A stretch of DNA of 62,987 bases, filler included, from Licmophora abbreviata (GCA_900291995.1; 15 parts of 15 records of this genome joined end to end with filler, not necessarily neighbours in it); one strand, 5' to 3'; counted from the whole stretch's first letter, positions 1 through 11,977 are shown. Notes: generated from the letters alone by a model not told the origin. Program-made: numbers and translations.

Positions 1-185
1 ACGGACCTGCTTTTGCGGGTCAATGAAACACCAGACGCGAAGATCATGAGCGTATGACACAGTCAAAATTTGTTAGCTGCTAGAATTCCGTTTGAGTGAC
101 ATAGTTTGCGCCACCAGCCGCGACCCATCGTATCTGTAAAACTGTAGCAGCTACGTAGAGATCACTATTTATACGCTTATTGAGA

Positions 186-965
186 CTACATCATGGAGTC
201 GCCTGCCCAAGGTGGGCAGCGGTCGGACTCTTGGTAGGCCCTGAGTTTGGGTCGATCCTTCATCCAAGTATAGTACTTCTTCAAGTTCGGAACGTCCGCC
301 TTGTCCCATGCCATGTCGTACATCTCGTTGTTAAACTGTCCGACAGTTGCGTCGAGCACATGAAACAGACAAAAGTCAGCATACGTCGCACTCGGTCCGC
401 CTGCCACGGGTGTAGCCGGACCTCCAATCTTCCGAACCACTTTCTCGAAATGCTGCAGCCACACTAGCATTCGTTCCGACGCAAACTTTTTCGAGGACAG
501 GTCACCTTCTTCCTTCTGGTCGTGGTAAGACATAGTGTTCTTGACCGGATGAAAGGAGATACGACCTTCAGCAATGTAGTCAATGGCGTTGTGCATGACA
601 CTGTCGGCGCGAGCCCCTTCTGCGGGCGTCGTTGGTGCGTATCCAAGCATCTTTCCCAGATAAACCATGCATGCCGATACTTGATTGACCATGACTTCTT
701 CGCCTCCTTCCCTCGGTCGATGCCAGATAACTGGTGGAAAGAAGACGGGGAACAGGGCGCTGTCATGTGCCTTGACTGCGTCGGGGCTGCCGCGAAAGGC
801 GTCCATAACCCCCGTCGGGCCATACAGATTGTCCATAGAGTTGGTGTAATCGACGCCTTTGTCTTCGAGAATAAGACGCAAGAACTCGCCCCTGCCCTTG
901 AATTTTCCAGATCCATGGTATAGCACGGTCCACTCGGGTGCCGTCGTCGTTGTCGAATCGGTCAT
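186..965 (-). CDS. Glutathione S-transferase-like protein
   Basis: 259-aa intronless ORF; GST N-terminal-like 'LYH..KFKGRGEFLRLILEDKGVDY', 'PP..', 'NQVSACMVYLG' and C-terminal 'TYADFCLFHVLD...PNLKKYY...RPKLRAY'. Confidence 0.8.
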   Translation of the reverse strand: MTDSTTTTAPEWTVLYHGSGKFKGRGEFLRLILEDKGVDYTNSMDNLYGPTGVMDAFRGSPDAVKAHDSALFPVFFPPVIWHRPREGGEEVMVNQVSACMVYLGKMLGYAPTTPAEGARADSVMHNAIDYIAEGRISFHPVKNTMSYHDQKEEGDLSSKKFASERMLVWLQHFEKVVRKIGGPATPVAGGPSATYADFCLFHVLDATVGQFNNEMYDMAWDKADVPNLKKYYTWMKDRPKLRAYQESDRCPPWAGDSMM

Positions 966-1934
966 TCTAATCTATCTTCGAACAAGGCAGATTTGAGAGA
1001 CTCAGCCAAAGATTGGTACTTGAAATGCAGAGTAGAGCGAGCCTTGGCGTCAGTCGCATAGACACGAGGTGCAACGGGCAGCCAAACCAATCTTGCGGAG
1101 GAGCGGCGCTGCTCGAATGTGTCCAATGTGATCGAATGGAAAACATCCCATCGCCCATCGCATTTTGTTCATTTCATTCGTTTTTCGTCAAGCTTCGACA
1201 TGACGTCAGGAGCTCAAGATTTGGCGCGCCGCATCCCGAATTCCAGATTCTGGGCATGAGCGCGCACGGTGATGGCGCCAAACGTTCCAAGTGAAAAAGT
1301 GACGCGACGAAGAAAGATGACCATGATCGCGACACTGCGTTCTTCTTCGCTACCGACACCGGATAGACAACGAAGAATCCACTTTACAATGCGCTCGCAA
1401 TCAGTCGGAGAAACGTACAGAAGATCGGGTTGGAAATCGTGCCTAACTCGGAAGCCTGCATCCTTTGGAGTTGGACAGAGTTCTCTAGCTGGGCGCTTGA
1501 ACAGGCATCAGTGTGTCTGCAATCCGTCCTTGACTGATTATGTGGATGGTAATGTCTTCGACTGTGTTTGAGCATCGTCAGCGAAAAGAGAATGTCGAGG
1601 GATACCTTTTTCAAATGTCTCTGAAAGCAGTCTTTGTATGACGCCCGCTATTCGATATTTATGGCAATCGTGCATTACCGAGGAGAAACGTTTGGGACAT
1701 TTATGCCACTATGCCTTTGGAGCGTTTTACGACTTACTTTTTATGACGACCGTCGCATGTCAGCGACTAAATTGCTAAAAAAGATGCTCACATATTTTGT
1801 TGGAAGAAAAATAAAAGAGGTAAGGCATACATGTCAAGCTGCTCTGTTCTTCCAATCATGATTACATGTAACTGACAGCGTAGTTCTACTTGTTTCGAAA
1901 ATAATCTCCAGATACGCTTGTCAATCAAACAAAA

Positions 1935-2579
1935 ATGAAGATCTTCACCACTGCTGTCCTCCTCATCACTCCTTTGATCCAGTCGTCATCTGCCCGTCGC
2001 GGTGGTGGCCACCACGGACAAGGCCATGGTGGCGGACATGGGCACACCCGCGGCTATTATGGAAAAGACGGATCCTTCGAAAGCCAGTTTGTCTACCCGG
2101 GCTGCGCGGCAGTTGAAAAGGAGCCAGTCGCGTGTGAGATGCCTCCTCGCAAGCATCGCCACCATCACCACTATCATCAATATGGTGATGGAGATGGGTC
2201 GGAAGCACTTGAATTGAGACCAGGCATTATGGTTTGTCGTGATATTGCGGTCCGTGGGCCCTGGAGGTCCGGTAGATATGGAAGTAGTAGCGATGAGGAC
2301 GAAGAAGTGTCGGTCGAAGCAAGCGTCTGCGTCCATCCCAACCGAACCGTAGCAGAAGAGCAATGCGGATGTTGCGGTGGCACTTGCAACTTTTGCGAAT
2401 GCAGCTGCGACTTGACGCTTGGCGATGGAACTATTCTCGTTGGTGGTGGCGTCTATGTCATGGATGATAACGACGAGAACTATCCGGATGGAAAGTGCGT
2501 CCCGAGTGGCCATGCCATTACCATTGTCGAACTGTATGACGGCGTCAGCTGCAAGACCGAATGCAACACAGTCGTCTGA
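1935..2579 (+). CDS. Secreted His/Gly-rich and Cys-rich protein of unknown function
   Basis: 214-aa ORF; good start context (aaaaATG); signal-peptide-like MKIFTTAVLLITPLIQSSSA; His tracts; CGCCGGTCNFCECSC cluster. Confidence 0.75.
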   Translation: MKIFTTAVLLITPLIQSSSARRGGGHHGQGHGGGHGHTRGYYGKDGSFESQFVYPGCAAVEKEPVACEMPPRKHRHHHHYHQYGDGDGSEALELRPGIMVCRDIAVRGPWRSGRYGSSSDEDEEVSVEASVCVHPNRTVAEEQCGCCGGTCNFCECSCDLTLGDGTILVGGGVYVMDDNDENYPDGKCVPSGHAITIVELYDGVSCKTECNTVV

Positions 2580-3148
2580 GTGATCGAGCCATCCATGTAT
2601 CCATCCAAGTATGACATATCTATATATCTATGAGGCCGAGGGGACTGAGAACAGAAATCGTCATAACACATAATCGTAACACGTAGATGAATAGCAGAAT
2701 CAATCACCTGTGATACTTGAACATCGCACTTCTTGTTTGGTGATGGGTTCGTCCGCGACCTGCAATTTGAAATGCGACGCGCGAAACACGCGCGAGAAAG
2801 CAGAGATGAGAGATGACGCAAACAAGAAATTTACAGATGCATCTTGGGTCTCGAGCCATGGCGGGTCTTGCCACCACTGACAGAGTCGCCCTAGCGGGGA
2901 TTTTGTCGTGCTTTGATCGGAAGCCATGGCTGATTTAGGAGCTTGTAGTAGGTATCAGTGCCAGAAAAGTGCAGAAGCCGCAATCACGTCGAGTCACGCG
3001 ATACGCTTCACTTCGAGTCTTGGGCCGTGCCGCTCAGGCAAGATCAAGATCATGCAAGACTTGAAGAACGACCAAGATTGCATCCCCCGACTGAACTCGC
3101 TCCGATGGACAAGGCTCACAATTTAGAAACACAATACAAGAACAAGCA

Positions 3149-5310
3149 ATGAATCTCATCAACAAGTACGCCCTCATCGCAGTCATCTGTGCCGCACCTT
3201 GCTCGGGCATCTCAGCTCCTGAGGGGAAGGACACTGATCTGGCCGGCAAGCTAAGCCTCTTGCATGACAACCTTGCCAACCTCGAATCTCCAGAAGAAAC
3301 CCCAACCGATGATCCAGTCGTCATCAAGTTGCCTGTGACGAACGTTGTAGAGGTTGGAAACGTACCGGCAGGGTCCCTCAAGGCCTCCCGCGGCAAGTCC
3401 AAGCCCACCTCCGTCATTGAAGAGGCAGAAGCATCCCAGGAACCTCCTCGTCTAGTAATCAACAAGGCGATCGCGCTTGATAGCGCACATGCGCTCTTTG
3501 GCGTCCAGAACAGTGACGTTAACCAGTGTGTTGACAGCCCGCCTGGATGGTACGATGCCGACGGCTCAATTTTTACCTGCGCGTGGTATGCGGCTAGTGC
3601 AAGCTTCAGGTGCGCTCAGTACGGAGACTCCGCGGAGAACTTTGGTTTCACTGCGAACGAAGCATGTTGTGCATGTGGTGGTGGGGATACATCGGCCGGT
3701 ACCTCTTCCGGTGGCGAAGGCTGTGTTGATGATCCTGAAGACTGGCACGATTCAGATGGACCCGTCTACGATTGCGCTTGGTACGCTGCGTCAAGTCAGA
3801 GGTGCGACTCTTATGGGGACTCATATGCCAACGAAGGCAAGACAGCGAACGAAGCATGTTGTGGCTGCGGCGGAGGCTCGACTACTGGAGGTGGTCAGTG
3901 CGCTGACAGTCCTTCTGACTGGGTTGACTCAGCTCTTGACGACTGCACGTGGTACGCTGTAGGCAATAGGTGCGAGGTGTACGGAACCTCGTATGAGAAC
4001 ATGGGCCAAACCGCATCCTCAGCATGCTGCGTGTGTGGAGGGGGGACCACCGGCTCTATGGGAGGGGGTGGCTCTACAGGAGATGTGACCTACGGTCTCC
4101 AGAGTTCGTGCGGAAACGATGACCCCAGCAAGTACAACATGTGCCTGGACCTTGCATCGATCTCTGGCTCTGCCGAACCTTGGATGAATGCATTCGCCGC
4201 TGCCCGAGACTTGTGGCAGGATGTGATTGTGGGCGATCTTGGTACAGGCATCTCTTCTTCCACTCTCAACTCTGGCAATGAATATACATGCACAGGATAC
4301 CCGTCGACAATTGACGATTCTTACATTTGTGGAACCGACGCCGACATTGACGGACCATTCGGAGTCCTAGGATCAGCAGGGCCTCGATACGCTCGATTCA
4401 CCGATCAGACTAATCCCAAGACTGGAGAGCCATACGCAGTGGCGCTCTCGGGGTACATGCAATTCGACATTGCAGACATAAATCGAATGATTTCCAACGG
4501 TAGTTTTGAGAATGTGATTCTACATGAGATGGTACGTACACTATTCGAAACCGGACTGTCCTATCCTCTTGGAACGGCTTCTCACACTATCCTCTTCTCC
4601 TTCACAATGTCTTTCTCTCTCTCTAGGGTCATGTCCTCGGAATTGGCAGTCTGTGGGAGTTCAACGGGCTGTATGCCGGTGATGGTTCTGGTGTCTACGC
4701 AGCGGGGACTAGTGCTCAGAGTGAATGGGAAGCAATCGGTTGCTCGGGACGTCTCCCTGTGGAACTCGATGGAGGAGCAGGGACTGCTGATTCCCACTGG
4801 GACGAGGGTAAGTGATGGATTAGATTTTATCGTGTGGACGATCGATTGAATCACGCCTAACATTCATGGTTTTTTGGTTTTTTTGTTTTCTTCTTCTTCG
4901 CAGTTTGCCTAACACACGAACTAATGACCGGGCAGCTCAGTGGATCCGACCAACCTCTCTCTCGCATCACCATTGGATCTCTCGAAGACATTGGTTACCA
5001 GGTCAACTACTCGCAGGCGGATCCTTTCTCCACGTCCGACCTTGGAAGCTGTGGCTCCTCCTGCCCAGGAGCCCGTCGGCTCCGTTCTCGTTCGAGGCAA
5101 GCCATGGAAAAGAAGCCACTTAGCGCGGACGGCCAGTCGACCGTACTCGCTTATGCAAGGTCTGAATTTGAGATTCTGAGCAAAGAGAAACCTGTAGGTC
5201 TACCCGAGGGAGTTGTGTATGTGGCTCCCGATGTGATTGATGTGCTATACGAAGACGAAGACGGTATCCGCGTCGTCAAGGTCACCCGGGAGGAAGCCGA
5301 CAGGTTTTAG
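3149..5310 (+). CDS. Secreted leishmanolysin-like (M8) zinc metalloprotease with three Cys-rich repeats
   Basis: Signal peptide. Splicing out GT-AG introns 4532-4626 and 4808-4903 gives 'ILHEM|GHVLGIG' (HExxH) and 'SHWDE(V)CLTHELMTG' (third Zn ligand, Met-turn); also 'IDGPFGVLGSAGP' and 'PLSRITIGSLEDIGY'. Confidence 0.88.
3527..4044 (+). repeat. Three tandem ~55-65 aa Cys-rich protein repeats
   Basis: Consensus CxDxPxxWxD..CxWYA..RCxxYGxSxxNxGxTAxxACCxCGGG occurs three times in the translation. Confidence 0.9.
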
Positions 5311-5568
5311 AGTCTCTCACCTTGATCAAGCAACAAATGTCATAGCTTGCTGTTTATAGACTGTGTTAGTGGTTCGCTTCATCGTTCAAACTTCTGCCTT
5401 TTTATGTATCGACTGGCTTCGATTCGTTCCCAATACGTACACCACAACGTCCTAGCCACGAATCCCTTCTTGACCTATACCTTTTTCGTAAAATTCGAGT
5501 CCTGCAAACATAATGAGCATCGCCGAACGATCTCTATATGATTTCTTCAAATAGACACGACGCCCTTC

Positions 5569-5668
5569 NNNNNNNNNNNNNNNNNNNNNNNNNNNNNNNN
5601 NNNNNNNNNNNNTTAATTAATTAANNNNNNNNNNNNNNNNNNNNNNNNNNNNNNNNNNNNNNNNNNNN
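5569..5668. other. Scaffold gap with artificial linker N44-TTAATTAATTAA-N44 (first of 14)
   Basis: Identical 100-nt padding also starts at 7637, 12043, 15800, 20569, 26191, 30166, 33264, 34731, 35997, 39147, 49808, 56120 and 59164; TTAATTAATTAA stops all six frames. Confidence 0.97.
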
Positions 5669-6531
5669 AAACCTTTGATTAGACCAGCGGCCGCATCGGA
5701 TATTTGATCCAGGCTGCGAACCGGAACTCCGAGTATGATCGAGAGCAGATTCTCCAGCTGTTTCGAGTCCGGTATCAATGTCGACAAAGTCATTCCTCCG
5801 ACTACCGAATATGGCGTCGGCAACCAGTCCACGCGGGGGAGGAAGCGCAAGGAAGCAAGAAATGGCCCCAGCGCTGACCACTGCGTGTCATCAAATGACG
5901 TGGCTGGGTTCACCATGACAAGTCCTTTCAGAGGATTGTCGTTGCCGTTGCGTTCTGCCTCGCCGCTGAGTCGTAGTGCTACTGCAGGAGCCAAGGCTCC
6001 ACCAAAGCTTTCTCCGATCAGTGTCACATGCCGATCCTGTGTTTGTGAGAGCTCTTTCACAAAACTTGCCACTGCGCTCACCAACTCACTGAATGGGGCT
6101 CGATCGTGGATCGAGACAGTCATCCGCCAGAGTTCGAAGGTCTCGGCCAAGTCATCGTACTGCTGCACTGCCGAGATACCGTACCCATCCAGTCCTGGTA
6201 GGTAGACTGCGAGAGGCTTGTCCTCACCATGCTTGTCTGCGACACGATGAAACACAGTGTCGCCACGATCGGACTCCCCCGATATCACCAAGTCACTGTC
6301 AAGAGAGGCATCGCCCCATGTCGAAGTACCATTCAATGGAGGACTGACAAAGGAAAACTTGACTGTCTGAGACACTTGCCGATACACAGGTGCATGATTG
6401 AGAGCCTCGTAGATCAAGCTGGCTCGCGTAGCAATGTCCTGCAAGGACGAGATGGATGGCGGTGGCGACGAGGAGGATGCCAGCAAGAATGGAGCCACGG
6501 CGCGGATGAGCGTCGACGTTCCAAACACCAT
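5669..6531 (-). CDS. Alpha/beta-hydrolase, phytyl ester synthase/ELT acyltransferase-like (partial, runs into gap)
   Basis: 'PLAVYLPGLDG', nucleophile elbow 'LIGESFGG', 'LVMVNPATSF', typical of the PES/ELT hydrolase domain; C-terminal part lost in the gap. Confidence 0.75.
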
Positions 6532-6940
6532 TATTTTGCTATCGCTTTATTGCTTTTCTCTAACTCAATGGAGGACTGTCGCTAGCCAAATGAATGATGC
6601 CTTCAGGTCTTTGGGCAGTGCGTTCGCTTCTTCTAAGCATGCTGTGGTGCCCGCCGCTGATGCGATGTTGCTTCATGTTTCATCGTCGTCATCGCGGCAT
6701 CACGAGATGATGAGAGATCGCCAGTGAGTCAGTGTCGATTCGTGACTAGAAGTTCCTTTCCCGCGGGACCCTCATGCACATGAAGTTATACTTTCACTAG
6801 TACTTTACTCGTGACTAAGATTGGACCCTGCAGAAATGTAGCATCGCCGCGCCGGCTGTCATCATCTCAATACTGAAAACAGTTTCTTCGTCGTCGTCAA
6901 CACAATGAACAATGCGAGCCGCAGGTGCCTGGGAGAGAAA

Positions 6941-7056
6941 GGAAGGTCGCATCGGAATCGACGGTTTCATTGAACGGTCGAAATAGAAAATAGGAAAGGG
7001 AAGGTCGCATCGGAATCGACTGTTTCATTGAACGGTCAAACTAGAAAATAGGAAAG
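6941..7056 (+). repeat. Two-copy 58-bp tandem repeat
   Basis: GGAAGGTCGCATCGGAATCGAC(G/T)GTTTCATTGAACGGTC(G/A)AA(A/C)TAGAAAATAGGAAAG at 6941 and 6999; 3 mismatches. Confidence 0.95.
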
Positions 7057-7114
7057 CTGAAGGGTGATCCTATCCCGCGTGCTCAGGAAGAGACGAATTG
7101 AATACATTGAGTCA

Positions 7115-7636
7115 ATGATTCGTCAACAACAAGATACTCCTGCGCGAGCGCCAGTCTCAGAGGATGCGAGTGCTCGCATGCCCACCGTCCACGGCGCCGA
7201 TACGGTCGCACCCGTCTCAGGCCCTCGCAATCACCATCAAGCTTCTGGTCAGCTGGCAGTCACCTCCGTGACCCGTCGCCCCCGTGCGATTGTTGTCGTG
7301 TTGGGAAACATTGGATGTGAGGTCGGAGCAATTTCGCGCATCACCAAGATGTATCACGATAGGAAATGCTCCACGATCGCTGCCACAGCCCCCGCATTAT
7401 CCCTCGCCATGAACGACACGACGACTTTAGGAGAACTTGCAATTACTGTGTGTCGAGAGGCGGCGAGACTTGTTCGTATGGCGGAAATGAGCGAGATGGG
7501 ATACGGGACTCTGAATATTCTTCTGCACGTCATGGGCAATGGAGGGGCGCAGGTGGTGGAAGAATTGGAACGTCGCATCAGAGAAGTCATATCTTTGGAA
7601 GACTTGGAAGGATTCAGGGATGATGCGTCGGCGTCG
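7115..7636 (+). CDS. DUF829/TMEM53-like alpha/beta-hydrolase-fold protein (partial)
   Basis: 'AIVVVLGNIG' and 'ILLHVMGNGG' resemble the DUF829 motifs (LLGWxG; HxFSNGG); ORF runs into the gap. Confidence 0.55.
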
Positions 7637-7926
7637 NNNNNNNNNNNNNNNNNNNNNNNNNNNNNNNNNNNNNNNNNNNNTTAATTAATTAANNNNNNNN
7701 NNNNNNNNNNNNNNNNNNNNNNNNNNNNNNNNNNNNCAACGCCGTGGCCAACTTGGAGATTTCGTGGTCATCGAGGCCTCCTCTGTCGTCTTGGGTACGA
7801 TCGTAGCAAAACGCCGATCCAGCACCCAAATACTTCATATAGCATTAAATAGACTCTCTTACGCAACGTGAAACCTCCATATCGTCTTCACTCTCAACGT
7901 GTGGTGCACAAACACAGTTAGATAGC

Positions 7927-9036
7927 TCATTTATCCTTCTTTCCTCCCTCTGCAGCCAAACGCGCATCCTTCTTGAGTCCACGTTTGCGAGTTGCCAAGT
8001 GCATGTTCATAATGATCTTCGTCGAAAGAGAATCGGGGAGACTCGACAGGACCCATCCCTGCAGAGCATGAGGCCAGTAGGGCGATACGACAGCCTCGCT
8101 CTGTCCAATCCAGCCGAGTCCCAGTTTGACGTACTGATCCGGCGTCGGCACCATGAAGGACTTGCGCATCTTGGCCAGTTTCGTGGCGACGTAGAATGGA
8201 ATCTGGCATTGACACGTGATACCCTTACTGCTGTACTCGGCATTGATGGCGCGGGAGAACTTTTCAATGTAGCTCTTGGCGGCCGAGTATCCAGCGAGGA
8301 GAGGGAGCGTGTACATGGCGGAACCGGAGGAGATGTTGACAATGGCACCACGTTTGCGCTCGACCATGCCGGTGAGGACCATACGAGTCATCCACGTGGT
8401 TGACTGCACATTCATTTCGACCAAAATAGCAGCTTCTGCGTCGGTAATTTCGTGATAGTACATGGGGTAACGATAACTGACGCCGACATTGTTGATCAAG
8501 ACGCCGACATCGAGGTCCTGTATGGCCTTCTTGACAGATGCTTGCGCCGTGTCGTCAAAGTTGGAGTAGTCGCACACCACGTACTTGACTTGTACGCCGC
8601 TGCCGCCGGCCTCGATTTCCTTTTGCACCTCTTGAAGTTTCGATTCGGTCCGACTAATCAGGCAAACGTTCAATCCCTTCTTGGCCAAGGCAAGCGCAAA
8701 CGCCTTGCCGATGCCATCCGTCGCGCCGGTAACCACAGCCCACTGTCCAAGCTTTTTGAGATCTTTTCCACGACGCACGAAAGTTTTAAAGAGGTTGCTG
8801 GAGACCTAAATACGATATGGAAGTGCGGGGGGAGGTGAGCGGTGACGATACTGTTTAAGAAATGTGGTGTGTGGATTTAATGAGGGACGTGGTTTTCATT
8901 TCATACAGTGTATGCATCATACCTTCTTGGCGAGCATGGCGAGAGACAGAGCTCCAAGAGTGGCAAGGACCGCCACAGCTGGCTCCGCTTCTTTGATCTG
9001 GCCCGCGACGAGCGCTAGCATAACAATGGACGTCAT
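7927..9036 (-). CDS. Very-long-chain 3-oxoacyl-CoA reductase (KCR/HSD17B12-like SDR)
   Basis: Exon 1 9036-8923 (membrane anchor), intron 8922-8806, exon 2 with 'WAVVTGATDGIGKA', 'LINNVG', 'YSAAK', 'PFYVATKL'. Confidence 0.92.
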
Positions 9037-9312
9037 GGTGGTGATCGGTTCTCTTACAACGACAACACAACAACACCGTCGTGATGAATAAAGATGTGAT
9101 GACGGATTGGGACAAACATCGCGACGTATGCGATACCCAAGCGTTCTGGTAGGGAGAAGGGATAGAAAATTCAGAAGGACTACTGCTTTTCAGATAATTT
9201 AATGCTGGGGAGCACCTTTCCCAAAATTGGCAAAATTGTGACAAGAATTTATCGCGACGAGACCGACGACACATCACCATGAGAGAAAGAGACGACACCC
9301 GAAAGGTTCCTC

Positions 9313-10698
9313 ATGAAGCCTCTTCGCCGCTCATCATTGTTAGTACGATCCCACTTCATTGGACTTTCCTTTTTTCTCACGCTTACGAAACGATCCTTGG
9401 TCACATCGTCATCTGATACTTCTTTGAAGTTTGACCATTTCGAAACGCTTACTGCACGTGGCGGAGCCAGCAGCATTGATGTCAGCAAAAGTAATAGTAT
9501 GTCCACCAAGGCAGACGTTGCACGATCGCTAGAGAAACTTGGTGGTGGAGCCATTAACGAAAAGAAACGAAATTTAGGTGAACCTGTATCCGAGATAACA
9601 AATGCAAAAGGCACTAGCTTTGACCCTTGCCACCATCGATCCCATCTCTACCATGCTCTGGAAGGACTCGATCGGTATCCAAACTACATGAGTCGATGGA
9701 ATACAGAGGATATGAGCAAACTGGAACAAGCACTGCTAGGCCAATTGAACGAAGTCCAACGGCAAAGCAAGGATATTGTGACTCGGCGCAAGGGAATCGA
9801 AGAGATGGTGCATCGACTCCTTGTTGCTAATGAAAACGATTCTCCCAAAGATCGATGGAAGAGTCTGCTACAGGCGCCAACAACGTGGGAGGAACTTGAA
9901 TCGAACATTCTTGATCCTCGCATGATGAGAGTCATACAGCAGTCTCGTCAATTCAAAGACACGACCCGCAGACCGTCGGTGCAAGATGTCCTCTGCGGAA
10001 CGAAGACTGTCGAGCTTGACCCCTCACAGTTGGAGCGACTCATGGAAGAGGAACTGTTCGATGTATACTCGTTACCGCTGCTGTCGTTTGAGTTTTGTGA
10101 GAGATTGCGAGAGTACGTTCGGGAGCTGTCCAAGCTGGGTGAAACGGAAGAGTTTGCTCACTTGCAGGTGGGTCGACGTGCAGTGGATCTAGATACGGTA
10201 GGGGTCGGTTGGGTCAATGATTTGTTGTTTCAATTGATCATGCGACCCATTGCTAGACTGTTGTTTGGCGAGACGGAAAGCGGAGGTGGAGAATTGGATT
10301 GGAGACAGGGCTACGTCGCCGGGTATTCCGTGAAACCCACCTTGCAAACATCGACACCCCGTCATCGACTTGTATCGCACACAGACGACTCGGAAGTCAC
10401 GTTGAATATCTGTCTGGGAGACGAGTTTGTCGGCGGTGCCTTGAATTTTCGTGGTCTCCGCGGAACGCCTGATGCAGGAGAACTCATTGACACATTCGAG
10501 CCGCAGCTCGGAAAGGCGCTCCTCCATGCCGGGCGGCATTTGCACGAGGTCACCCAAGTCATGTCGGGAGATCGGTATGCCTTGATCGTATGGGCGCGCT
10601 CGTGGAGTGGTGTACGCACGTCGACTTGTCCGTGCTGTTGGTTGAATCGGCGACAGAACGACGCCTCACCGTGCATTTGTGGTCCGAAATGGAACTGA
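9313..10698 (+). CDS. 2-oxoglutarate/Fe(II)-dependent oxygenase (prolyl/lysyl hydroxylase-like, OGFOD2-like)
   Basis: 'HTDDSEVTLNICLG..FVGGALNF', 'HAGRHLHEV..SGDRYALIVW' give the HxD...H...R motif. Confidence 0.85.
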   Translation: MKPLRRSSLLVRSHFIGLSFFLTLTKRSLVTSSSDTSLKFDHFETLTARGGASSIDVSKSNSMSTKADVARSLEKLGGGAINEKKRNLGEPVSEITNAKGTSFDPCHHRSHLYHALEGLDRYPNYMSRWNTEDMSKLEQALLGQLNEVQRQSKDIVTRRKGIEEMVHRLLVANENDSPKDRWKSLLQAPTTWEELESNILDPRMMRVIQQSRQFKDTTRRPSVQDVLCGTKTVELDPSQLERLMEEELFDVYSLPLLSFEFCERLREYVRELSKLGETEEFAHLQVGRRAVDLDTVGVGWVNDLLFQLIMRPIARLLFGETESGGGELDWRQGYVAGYSVKPTLQTSTPRHRLVSHTDDSEVTLNICLGDEFVGGALNFRGLRGTPDAGELIDTFEPQLGKALLHAGRHLHEVTQVMSGDRYALIVWARSWSGVRTSTCPCCWLNRRQNDASPCICGPKWN

Positions 10699-11000
10699 GG
10701 TGCTCTTTGTTTAGTAAGCTCGAAATACTGTACTCTAGAAATAAAACAATACGCTCAACCTCATTTGAATGTTAGGTATGAATGGATCGGTTCGTGATTT
10801 TCTGTGGAGTGAGAATGCGCATGTGATGCCAATTCCGTGTGTGGGTGTGTTGATCTCGGTATGACGCAGCGCAATGATACTGACCGAGGGCACTGTGAGC
10901 CGTACAACGATCCAAACAATTGACGGCGATGAAGCGCGCACCGCGTAATTAGGTATCGAGGAGCCTAGTGACTTGAACTGACTCTCTCTCTCTCTATCAA

Positions 11001-11977
11001 CTACTCTACTCGCAAGTGCACAGGTTCGTCCATATCATCATCGTAATAGGTTCCACAGAGCCAATGCAGCAAGATCGGAGGTTCCATGATACGCTGAATA
11101 GGCCACCGCCGAACATCTGCCAGTACGGGATAGACAAACTCCAAAAAGTAGTAACAGTGCCCCACACCGATGCCAATGAGATCCGTCGTGACGGGATTAC
11201 CAAGCAACACAGAAAAGCCGAGCATGACCCAGGGAATGTAGGGCGCGTTGAATGTGAAGAAGCCGAGAAAGCTCATTTTGATATGTTCGTTTCGTCGACC
11301 CCAAATGTATACCATCATGAAAGTGAGTGAACTCCCCAAGAAGTGCACGCCAGTGTAGGATGCTACTAGCGTAATGCAGAGGATGCCAAAGAGAAACATC
11401 CACACGAAATTGGCTGTCCGACCGCGAAAGTCTCCTTCTTCCAATAGGCGACAGTAGCGAACCTTTGTGTTTTGGAAATCGTGGTGTAGGACCATTGTAC
11501 AAAGTACACATATGAGTAAGGCTCTGTTGTGGTTTCGCACGACACTCACTCGCGTACAAGACAATCACACACTCATTGTTTACTCTAGAACTCACCAGAA
11601 AGTACATGTGAAATAGAAAGTCGACGCTAAAGACCCCAAAGAAGAGATAGGAGGTGATTAATCGCCAGACTTGTCCCTTGGAAAAGATCAGGTCCCAATT
11701 GAAGTAGAGCGAAAAGGGCGTAATAATGTCGACTGTACAGGCGGCGGTAGTCAGGAAGGCTCCTGTCAGATACAATCGTGATATCAGAGGAATGTCCATG
11801 TACCTGGGAAGAGCAAGAGACAAGCAGTGGTATAGAAAAGAGGAGTAGGAGGGTGTAAGAAAAGACAATCGTCTCGCTGAAAAGAAGGATCCAAAATTGG
11901 ATGTGCACACACCATGACATGAGGTCAACCGCTCCGTCGTGAGCCGCGCCCATGTTGGCTTGTCCTCCGAAATCCAT
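11001..11977 (-). CDS. DER1: Derlin (Der1-like ERAD membrane protein)
   Basis: Exons 11977-11913, 11783-11596, 11462-11001; 'QVWRLITSYLFFG', 'RYCRLLEEGDFRGR', 'MMVYIWGRRN', 'APYIPWV', 'GHCYYFL'. Confidence 0.93.

Noticed and set aside
4532..4849. 3' end of the 566-aa ORF and similar read-through tails in the ORF track
   Set aside because: These are translations through introns; splicing restores the conserved motifs.
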